This document shows, in pieces, positions 13,032-23,420 of a stretch of DNA of 64,000 bases. Below the pieces are notes generated by a model. That model ran no database searches and was not told where the DNA came from. It was given only the letters and a program-made list of their open reading frames with translations. The position numbers and the translations under genes were made by a program. Source of the stretch: Octopus vulgaris (lineage: Eukaryota); the NCBI GenBank assembly GCA_951406725.2, contig OX597817.1, forward strand, positions 70,060,001-70,124,000, in the 5' to 3' direction. Each line of letters opens with the position of its first letter. The stretch's first letter is position 1.

Positions 13032-13547
13032 TAATATATTACAATATTATATCGAGGAAATTAGGAGGCCAGAAATTGATGCTGGTGAAACCGTAAAAAT
13101 TCTCTGAAAACCACTCCTGGTTCTTTCTGGAGCTATGATAAGGAGCGGAACCCTTTTGCCACATGTATGGCCTTCAAGCATACATGTCGCAGGGATTGAT
13201 AAGTCTCCTGCAGTTTTGTATCGCCGTCTGAATTGAACCTGAGCTTCTATTCAAGGATGTGAGGTGTGCAGATGCTCTCAGAACGCTTGATGTATCCCAT
13301 GCTGGTAGTCATGGTTTCGTAGTTTCCGTTGCAGCTGTCCATGACATGTCTTGCAGCCTTTACAGTGTTCATAGAGCATTGAGCATTAGTCATAACGTCG
13401 ACATTTTTATACTCATACGAATCATCATGATACAGGTAACATTTTTTCAATATTCAGATGGCTTCACCAATACAGACTTAGCCTGAACACCTTGTATAAC
13501 GATCAAAGAAATAAAGTACCAGTACGGTATTTATTAATCAATGTTTC

Positions 13548-14117
13548 TTATTTCTTTATTGCCCACGTGGGGCTAAACATAGAGGGGATAAACAAGGACA
13601 GATAAAGGGATTAAGTTTATTATATCGACCCCAGTGCGTAACTGGTACTTAATTTATCGACCTCGAAACGATGAAAGGCAAAGTCGACCTCGGCGGAATT
13701 TGAACTCGGAACGTGACGGCAGACTAAATACCTATTTCTTTACTACCCACAAAGGGCTAAACACAGAGAGGACAAACATATTAAGTCGATTACATCGACT
13801 CCAGTGCGTAACTGGTACTTAAATTATCGACCCCGAAACGATGAAAGGCAAAGTCGACCTCGGCGGAATTTGAACTCGGAACGTGACGGCAGACTAAATA
13901 CCTATTTCTTTACTACCCACAAGGGGCTAAACACAGAGAGGACAAACATATTAAGTCGATTACATCGACTCCAGTGCGTAACTGGTACTTAAATTATCGA
14001 CCCCGAAACGATGAAAGGCAAAGTCCACCTCGGCAGAATTTGAACTCAGAACGTGACGGCAGACTAAATACCGCTAAGCATTTCGCCCGGCGTGCTAACG
14101 TTTCTGCCGGCTCGCCC
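13548..14117 (-). mobile_element. Trimeric family B SINE within one 16-bp TSD
   Basis: 170-bp period repeats (cf. ORFs 13634 and 13804); TSD TATTAATCAATGTTTC at 13532-13547 and 14118-14133. Confidence 0.88.
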
Positions 14118-14421
14118 TATTAATCAATGTTTCCACCTTGTTGTTTCATCACTCGATGTTGCCTTGGACCGATGAACCTCACAAGAATACAAACTTTTGT
14201 TTATAGGAATCAATCACAATCGAAGTCCATTTGAGTAATGATCACACAACGCTATAAGCGAGATGTTTTCCGACAGCAGATAACAACAGTAATAATATAT
14301 TCACGTTCAAATCTAGCAGAAATTATTAAGAACGAATAAATTATCCGTTTGGCAGTAATCTGCACCCATGAACAAATAGTTTGTTTGCTGATCAGTTTAC
14401 GTGCGTACGTGTGTTTGTGCA

Positions 14422-14490
<69 letters not shown>

Positions 14491-14648
14491 TTGAGTGAGT
14501 GACTGTAATTATATATCTAACATGCTAGAGAACAACACAATTTGTACATGCAAATATGAAATTAAATGGCAATTGAAATCCTACTTGACATCAAGCAGAG
14601 TGTTTCGTACGTTTATCATATCATTGGGTTGCACACACACACACGCGC

Positions 14649-14698
<50 letters not shown>

Positions 14699-15510
14699 AC
14701 ACACACACAAGTACACACGCGCACACACGCATATAAATGATTACATACAGATATACACGCAGAGACACAGACACACATATGTATATACGTAAAAATATGC
14801 GTATATGCGTAAATATATGCACATACATACACACATAGTCTCAACTAAATTCCGTTCATGCTACTTAAATTTAATGCAACGACGATCTTCAGGCTGCAAC
14901 AGCTATTCTACGATTTATCTTTATATATATATATATATATGTATGTATATTCAACAAAGCATGCTTCTTATTTTTTGCCTATTAATTCTATCGATATGTA
15001 TCCGGTGTTCTTATTTTTGCTTCTTTACTGAGTGTTGATGGTGTTTATTTTACTAGTGTTCTTGAATCGACTGCGTTATGAGAAATACAACAGTGATTAG
15101 TATAAGCACGTTCGAATGTGCCAGAGCGTATTAACAATCAATATTTACACTGTTGTTTTGATTCTAGTTGTTCTCGGTGCGTATGATAACCTATTATTTG
15201 TTTGGTAGACATCATCACGCATCAGTAAATAATCTGTTTGCTGAGTTCTATAACGAAAAGCCATAAGTGTGGTTTACTTTCACTGATCAGGAGGTAGCAT
15301 TGGCTGTAGAGACACAACAAGATAGAATCACCGCAGTGTCTCAAAGATTCGTTATGTCAATGAATTAAGTACGTTAAGAGTATATATTGCCCGAAATGGA
15401 ACGGTGTCTTCCTAAGACGAAATGCAATTGTAATTTGCGTATTCGAGTTCGAATCTGTTTAAACAACATATTAAGAATGAATATGCTTGTCATCAGGTTT
15501 GTATGTCTGT

Positions 15511-15543
<33 letters not shown>

Positions 15544-15732
15544 AACATACATACATACGTACATACATATACACATATATACTTAACATACAAACATATG
15601 TATACATGTATAAATATAAATATATATATATATATAAATACATGCATACATACACATAAATGTATGTTATGTATGTATATATGTAAGTATATATGAGTAC
15701 ATGTGTTTGTGTGTGTGTGTGTGTCTGTGTGT

Positions 15733-15870
15733 ATTCAATAATCCCTCAACTATCGTGGGTGTTACGCTCCAAGAACTCTCACAGAAATAATAATAAAAAA
15801 CATATATATATATAAATACTATCGGCCGATAGTGCGCGATAAGTGAACTGCGATATAGCGAGGGATTTAT
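15733..15870. mobile_element. Degenerate Tc1/Tigger-like MITE
   Basis: Ends AATCCCTCAACTATCG / CGATATAGCGAGGGATT; related to 27896-28141. Confidence 0.5.
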
Positions 15871-15876
15871 ATATAC

Positions 15877-16252
15877 ATCTTTTATCTTATATCTAAACTT
15901 GTTTCAATCTTTACACTGCGACCATGCTGAGGTATCGACTTGAAGGGCTTAAGTCAAACAAATTGAATCCAGTATTTATTATTTTTAAAGGTCGGTACTT
16001 ACTCTACCGGTCTCTTTTGCCGAACTAATAAGTTACGGGGAAGTAAACAAAGCAACACCGTTTGTTAAGCGCTGTGGTTGAGGATGAACACAAACACAAA
16101 GATACAAACAGATATATATGCACACCTATACATAAAAGATGGTTTTTCTGCTTCCGTCTACAAAATCTATTCACGAGGCTCTGGCCAGCCTGGGGCTATA
16201 GTCGAAGACACTTCCCCTAAGTACCTTACAATTGGTCTGAACCAAGAACATG
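15877..16252 (-). mobile_element. Degenerate SINE family A
   Basis: Reverse complement similarity over tail and body. Confidence 0.7.
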
Positions 16253-16258
16253 TATATA

Positions 16259-16768
16259 TCTATATATATAAAACTCTAGTTGTGTGAGTGTCTGTCCCCT
16301 TCGATTTAGATTCCTAACTCCTCCCACATTTTGCGGTGCAGTTTAACCAAATTCGGGTATCTTATAGTCGTGATTCATATCGAGCCCGTCTGGCTATTAG
16401 CGCGCGTCTACGATGAGTCTACGATTTTAAAAATAATTTAACATCATTTTTTATTCCATTTTAATGCATAATCTTTCGTGTGTCAATGGCGGCGGAGTTG
16501 GCGTCCACGCTCACAGCTGCACCTGTTTGCTTCTCCCCCTTCCCTCCCTCGTGAAGCTGTGGGGAAGGGAGTGTAAAGAAATCAACGTCGTAATGCGTTG
16601 TCAAGGAGACCAGCGTTCTTTTAGAACAACGACTTCATGGCTTGAAGACACCAAAACAGAAATGGTTAAGAAAGCCCGAATTGGCATCTATAAGGGAAGT
16701 AACTCTCTAAAAAGGCTTATTTAGTTATTTCCCTTACAAACCCGAGCAACGCCGGGCGATACTGCTAG
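16259..16768 (+). mobile_element. Non-autonomous Helitron, copy 1
   Basis: A|TC 5' end (TCTATATATATAAAAC), 3' hairpin CCCG-agcaacgc-CGGG followed by CTAG. Confidence 0.8.
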
Positions 16769-17160
16769 TCTTTATATATAACAGAAAGGTTGTGTGTCTG
16801 TCTACTCCGATTTAGATTCCTAACTACTCCCACATTTTGCGATGCAGTTTAACCAAAACCGGGTATCTTATAGTCGTGATTCATATCGAGCCCTTCTGGG
16901 TATTAGCGAGCGTCTACGATGAGTCTACGATTTTAAAAATAATTTACCATCATTTTTTCCATTGTAATGCATATTTTTTTTTAATAAAGGGAAGTAACTC
17001 TCTAAAAATGTCTACGATGAGTCAACTATTTTTTAAAAAATTTACCATAATTTTTTTTCCATTTTTAATGCATTTTTTGCTATTTTTTGGCTATAACTCT
17101 CTAAAAATGCTTTATAGTTATTTCCCTTACAAACCCGAGGAACGCCGGGCGATACTGCTA

Positions 17161-17161
<1 letters not shown>
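16769..17161 (+). mobile_element. Non-autonomous Helitron, copy 2 (head-to-tail with copy 1)
   Basis: Starts TCTTTATATATAAC immediately after CTAG; shares ~200 bp of 5' body and the 3' hairpin plus CTAG|T. Confidence 0.8.
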
Positions 17162-17195
<34 letters not shown>

Positions 17196-17196
<1 letters not shown>

Positions 17197-18052
17197 GAGA
17201 GTAATCCCAAAAGTAAGATCTCCAAAGTGCTGGGGACGAGGGGAAACTGTGCATACGGCTATTGGCAACACTGCTCTGTTTGTTGTGTATGCGCCTGCGT
17301 CTGTCTCTACGTGCGCCTCGCTGCCACACTCAGTCTTGGCTTGGCAGTTGTATCTGATGGAGCTCCTGATTGACGCTGCTGCCAAGTGTAAAGTTAGGGC
17401 AGTTATTTTGTTTTTAAACGCAAAAGGCATTAAACCAATTGAAATTCATCGCCAATCAACGGAAGTGCATAGCGAGTCGTGCATAGATGTCAAAAACATC
17501 CGCAAGTGGTGTAGGGAGTTTGAAACTAGTCGTACTGAAATTCATGATGAAGAAAGCAGCGGACGACCAACAATTTCCAACGAAACAGTCGCGAATGTTG
17601 AGCAAATCGTTTAGTTCCTGAGGTCTCCCGAAGCAGTATCCATAGTGTTTTGAGTGAAAAGTTGCAATATCGGAAGGTGTGCGCAAGATGGGACCCACGA
17701 ATGCTCACAGAAGACTGTAAACGGCAGCCCACCTTATAATCCGGACTTGAAACCCAGTGACTGCTACCTGGTACCCAAGTTGAAAGAGCATTTGGCTGGA
17801 ACGCGCTTCAGCAACGACAACGAGGTGAAAGATGGGGTTCAACGCTACCTCAACGACATGGCGGTGAGCTGGTATGACATGGGCATACAAAAACGTCCCC
17901 AGCGCCTACAAAAATGTGTCGACTGAAATGGCGATTATGTTGAAAAACAGATAAATGTTCAAACTTTAAAATGATGTAAACATTTCATTGAAAATAAACG
18001 TTTCTATGATTTTTAAATATTTTTGGAGACCTTACTTTTGGGATTACCCTTG
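17196..18052 (+). mobile_element. Mariner transposon, internally deleted
   Basis: TA-flanked TIRs CGAGAGTAATCCCAAAAGTAAGATCTCC / GGAGACCTTACTTTTGGGATTACCCTTG; N-terminal HTH (VRAVILFL..KG..P.EIH), KVCARW, PYNPDLKPSD, GDYVEK; first two catalytic Asp regions deleted. Confidence 0.92.
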
Positions 18053-19364
18053 TATGTATGTAATGTGTGTCTGTGTCCGTGTGTTTGTGTAGGTTCATAT
18101 ATATACATATATGGATACGCACATACACATCTCTGTTACATGTCGTAAACAAAGAAGGTAATACTCAATACATGACGTGTGCTGTTTGTTTATATATTTA
18201 TTATTTAAATCAATGAGTTGGCCACTTCTCATGTTTTAACTCTCTGCAATCTAACATAAATAATTCCCGATACATAAATATCTAATACATTTTACAACCC
18301 ATAAATCTGATTTCCACTTATTGCTAACGTCATTCTTTCGCGGTAATTATTTACTAATTTATAGTTAGGTCTGCATATTATAGAGAAGACGTTGACAAAA
18401 TATATGGCCTTGGTAATTGCGTAAGGTAAATTATATCGTATAGATTAAAGAAATAATAGGCCAATTGAAACAACAATATATTGATTTAAGCAGTATGGAA
18501 TATTTCACTTTTAAAAACAACATATATAAAGGACGGCTTTGCAAATGAAGGCGAATGCAAATATGCACACTGGATCTTTTCTCTTGCTGCCACAGATTTG
18601 GGAATATTAAAATTAAGTTAAAAATTTCAAATTTGGTATACTGATGTAATCTTTCACACTAAATTCGAATTTTGGATCCATTTATTACAAGAAAAATTAT
18701 TTATTACAAAAAATATTACACAAGTTCAAAGTTTGATCATTTTTAGGCCAATCAAAAAACAGGAATCGAAAGCTGGCATTTGGTGCGTTATAGCTGTCTG
18801 TCACAAAATGGCAGTCCGAAATAATACAGCCACAAAGTGATATCGCTCGTCAAAACTTGTGGTGGTAGTTGCAGGGGTGAAAGTGTCAGACTTTAGTTTT
18901 GCTTCTTCCTATGGAAATAGATATGATTAACGGTCGTGTATTATAGTGGCTTTCTATTGGCTAAAATTGCACAAAATTTGCCAGCTTTAAAAGCTATTAA
19001 CTTGTTATTTATTAATTTGTTGAAAGAATGAATTTCATTTTCATAATCAACATACAAAGCTAAATCGGGAGAACAAATTAGGACAAAAAATAATTAGGAC
19101 AAAGCTGAAAACATACGGAACCTGTGATAGTAACCGAAAAGATCCTACACACTTAACATCAAAATGAATTAAGCCAATCATAGAGTATATTATATATATT
19201 AACATAAGCACCCTCATCAAAGTTTTCTAGCAACCAGACTGCGTGTTACATCTCAGAATTTTGTTAAGACTATATGATCAAAGTTTGATACTTTATAATC
19301 ACACTAAAGCGATTTAAAATTCAAACTTTTGATATTTATAAATACATCTATACGTATTTCAACG

Positions 19365-19470
19365 AGCAGCCTCCCAGCAGCAATGCTCTCCAATAAGGGA
19401 TTGACCACAGTCTCCAGCAGCTTCGCATAGCTATCCGAATTTAGCCCAAGGCTCTGTTCAATGCTGTGGG
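19365..19470 (-). mobile_element. DD37D (maT-like) transposase micro-fragment
   Basis: Translates LGLNSDSYAKLLETVVNPLLESIAAGR, matching LRLNTEACIKCFEEIVLIWVKRVAARR of 56219-56790. Confidence 0.5.
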
Positions 19471-19484
19471 GATAAATCCCGACA

Positions 19485-19905
19485 TTCTTTGAAATTTCAC
19501 CAACATCAGCAGGGTATTTTTGTATGTATGTATATCACTATTCAGTTTTGTTTCAAGATTTTTTGCTAATAGAGAAAGAGCTGGTTTCTAACCCTGAACC
19601 AAGGCTCCTTCATTTGAATTTCAACAACATTAAGAGGGTGTGTATGTATTTGTGCGTGCATGTATGTGTGTGCATGTATGTATGTATGCATGTATGTATG
19701 TATGTATGTATGTATGAATGTATGTATGTATGTATGTATGTATGTACGTATGTATGTATGTATATATATATGTATTCGAGTATGTATGTATATATATATA
19801 TATATATTCGTGTATGTATGTATGTATGTATGTATGTATGTGTGCAGATTTATGTTTTGTTTTACGTAAGTATTCTCATGCATATAGTTACATGTCTAGA
19901 CATGT
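19485..19905 (-). mobile_element. 3' UTR fragments of the R4/Dong-like element
   Basis: Shares AAGGCTCCTTCATT.GAATTTCAACA and GCAGATTT...GTATTCTCATGCAT with 10172-10410. Confidence 0.6.
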
Positions 19906-20212
19906 GCGTATGTATGTATGTATGCATGCATGCATGTATATATGTATGTGTGTGTATGTGTGTTTGTTTGTTTAGGTGTGTGTGTGTGTGTGTGTGTGCG
20001 TGTGAATGGTGTGTGTGTGTGTGTGTGTGTGTGTATGTCTATTACAGTATATGAATAGATAAAATATACGGAGTGAAATATAGACCCATGAGGGTTTATC
20101 AGCAGCTTGAGGTTAGTCGTTTCGTTATTGCTAAAACACACACACATACACACACACACACACGCTATTTACACACACTCAGGCATACATACGCACACGC
20201 GCGCACATCCAC

Positions 20213-20249
<37 letters not shown>

Positions 20250-20467
20250 CGTGTGTCTCCCCTTCTGCGTCACTGAGATAAATTAGTGGAAGGCTAATTA
20301 ATAAAATATATGCGTATGCCGTGGCTCAACTAATTTACACAATAATACAAGATCGACGTTTTAATCATAATTACTATACTGAAGAATACAGATGTAGGTT
20401 ATGAATATTTAGATATATATATATCCAGATATTTTCAGTTTCGCTGTAAATATCGAACCACAAGCTT

Positions 20468-20612
20468 TTGTTGCTGTTGCTGTTATTGTTGTTGTGTTGT
20501 TGTTGTTGCTGTTGTTGTTGATGCTATTCTTGTTGTTGCGGTTGTCGTTGTTGTTGCTATTGTTGTTGTTATTGTTGTTGTTGTCGTCGTCGTCGTTGTT
20601 ATTTTTGTTGTT
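20468..20612. repeat. Degenerate (GTT)n microsatellite
   Basis: Direct reading. Confidence 0.9.
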
Positions 20613-21849
20613 TACTGCTGGCCCATTGTCGGCCCTAATCGAGCACACCTATAAATATATACCTTCCAACCAATGAACAAACTCCTTTGTGTCTTGCATA
20701 TAATGTACAGCCGACTACGTCATCGAATTAGTCTTTTTCCGAAAAATAGCTGGACGTTGTTTGAAGGAGACTATACTGCTATTTCTAACGGGTCAACTGA
20801 CCACCTAGTAGCTCTCTTGTTGGCTCCTTAAGAACGTGTCGCTTGTATTTTCTATAAGAAATTACTAAAGGAAATGAAAATATTGTCAGAAAGAAACGAA
20901 GTTCTTTGCAATGTTTGTTTCCAAACGATTTACAGGCTTTTCATTGTTATTAGCAAGACAAGAGAGAATATATTAGCTCTTTTGTTGACTTATTTGAAAT
21001 TTTTACTGAATTTCAATTACTTTAAATTAAAAATATTCCTAGAAAGAAATGAGGTTCTTTACAATATTCCTTCTTTACCAAAATGCAGGCATTCCATTGT
21101 TAGTATCACTATCAGAAACGCGGTGAAGCAGTGATTGGCCTGTTGAAATCGTAAAACCAACAATTTTAGTTTCCAGTCTAATATAAAATAAAAGTAAATA
21201 AATGAATAAATAAATAAAGTCGACAATAAATACAAAAATAATACATATTTAAAACAAAAAAGAAATCACATGTCAAATTTGGAATCATTCATTCTGTCTG
21301 CAGAAACAGACTGTCTATAGAATAAATATAAAATATTGGAAATTAAATGTATAAATAATATGATATTTTGAATCAATGGTAATAATTTGAATTTTTTGAA
21401 AGAAAAGAACAAAACGTAATAATTTTCATGTGACTTTTGTATGAAAAATAGATGAATCGTTTAAAATAGATCTGGGAAAATAGCTCTAAGGTTTAACACG
21501 CCTATCATTGATTAGAATTCATGTGTATGGATTGAGATGTGATTGCTGGACACTTGGTATGTCCAATACTTGTAACTGCAGCAAGCTAGTGTATTAAGTT
21601 ATTTCTCTCTTGTATTCTTTATGAGAGAAACGTTTCTATTGCCTTATAGATTCCGTGTATCTTCTCACCTAGACCCATAGTAAGATAGAACAACACTGAA
21701 AGCCAGACCGGAGGGGCAGTTTCTGTACTTTCTGCAGAACTGCTATGAATAAGCGCATATATATATATATATATATGAATATACGTATATTTATATATAT
21801 CAAAATAAGCAATATCCAGAGGTAATGTAGTACGATCGTTTCGTCTTTG

Positions 21850-21936
21850 TGCAGCTGAAGATTGCTCTACATTTTAAATTGATGTAATGATTGCATTGTT
21901 CAATTAAATAGAGGTACATGAAATGATCGTACTGTA
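21850..21936 (+). ncRNA. Type I hammerhead-ribozyme-like motif inside inverted repeat 21799-21969
   Basis: Stem I TGCAG/CTGTA, core CTGAAGA (21855-61), long helix II, GAAA (21920-23), quasi-palindromic ATGATCGT, triplet GTA. Confidence 0.55.
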
Positions 21937-22104
21937 TTACCTCTGGATATCCTTGTTGCTTATTTTGATTTTAATCACCTTACTTTGAAATTGTATGGAT
22001 AAAACCGTACTAAATTCTGGTGCCTCAACTTAAGTACCATATTCATCTGAATCTATGTGTGTGTGTGTGTGTGCGTGTGTGTGTGTGTATGTGTGTGTGT
22101 GTGT

Positions 22105-22330
22105 GTGCCTGTGTCTTCGTGTCTGTGTTTGTCTCCCCACTGGTTGACAGCAGATGTTGGTGTGTTTACGTCCCCATTACTTAGCGGTTCGGCAAAAGCG
22201 ACCGATAGAAAAAGTACCAGGCTTACAAAAAAAAGTACTAGGGTCGATTCATTCGACTAAAATCTCTTCAAAGCGGTGCCCCAGTATGGCCGCAGTCTGA
22301 TGACTGAAACCAGTAAAAGATAAAAGATAA
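22105..22330 (+). mobile_element. SINE family A 3' half
   Basis: GGTGTGTTTACGTCCCC...GCGGTTCGGCAAAAG...GACTGAAAC, AAAAGAT tail. Confidence 0.75.
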
Positions 22331-22411
22331 TAGTAATCCTCATATCGCACTCTACTGTTAGCATATTTGCTAACGAATTCTACTGTCCATATGTAACAAT
22401 ATCATTTTTAA

Positions 22412-22669
22412 TAGGCGCAGACATATCTATATGGTTTCGGGTTCAGTCCCACTGCACAGCACCATGGGCAAGTGTTTTAGGCTATAGTCTCAGGCTCACC
22501 CAATGCCTTGTGGGTGGATCGAGAACTCAGAAACTGTGTGAAATACTGTCGTTGATGTGTGTGTACATATACCTCTAATATGTATGTCTGAGTGTACATA
22601 TGTGTTGGCTTGTTTGCGTTCTCGTAACTTGGCGGTTCGGCAAAAGAGTCAACAGAATTAGTACCAAAC

Positions 22670-22720
<51 letters not shown>

Positions 22721-23233
22721 TCTTAACTGATTGGAAGTGTTATCATGTACATTGTTTTGTCTTGGTATAAAAGATGGGCTACAGCAAATATTCTGCTCAA
22801 TACCACAGATTTGCTTGTCAGTTGTTTGACCTTAACCAGTTGAGCATGTCCCTTAATGGCTGACGATATGTGCATCTCTGATCACGAGCAGAAGTAGTGG
22901 GGGAGCATCATAGCCATGTGTTGAGAGGGATTCGTTGTGGTTTGAATAATTCACCTCTGGAAACATGGGTGGTTTTTTCAACATCCTTAAACAACCCTTA
23001 TTCAGGGACCGTTTGAGCGGGATGGGCTACTCAACCTGAAGAAAATTCTAACTGGGCCCCACCTGCAAGGTCATGTGCTGTTTATCTTGATATGAGATCA
23101 CTATGTCGCGCACATTTGGTTGTGATGCATGTGCCTGGTGTGCCCTTATCAGACGGGTAGTCATGATGGGTATATTGGGCTTCGTATATTTTACCCCAGT
23201 GTCACTTTGATGGCATGAACTGCTCTCTCACTC

Positions 23234-23299
<66 letters not shown>

Positions 23300-23420
23300 A
23301 AGAAGAAGAAGAAGAAGAAGAAGAAGAAAGAGGGTCGATTTAATTAATTAAACCCTTCAAAGTGGTGTCCCAGCATAGCCACGGTCCAAGTCCAGTGACT
23401 GATAAGAGAAAAAAGAGTAA
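22412..23420 (+). mobile_element. SINE family A split by an (AAT)n-flanked insertion
   Basis: Head and body 22412-22668; tail resumes 23330-23420. Confidence 0.65.
22719..23233 (+). mobile_element. Probable 3' UTR of a microsatellite-targeting non-LTR retroelement
   Basis: ~515-bp higher-GC non-coding block bounded by (AAT)n on both sides, interrupting a SINE. Confidence 0.5.

Noticed and set aside
13548-14117. Regular repeats superficially like a CRISPR array
   Set aside because: 170-bp SINE units without unique spacers; eukaryotic context, no cas genes
18540-19100. Possible DNA-transposon remnant with short inverted motifs (TAGGCCAATCA / ATTGGCTAAAA)
   Set aside because: Could not define termini or a TSD
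20874-21134. 86-aa ORF with an internal repeat (ERNEVL twice)
   Set aside because: Result of a diverged ~155-bp direct duplication in AT-rich DNA; no domain recognised
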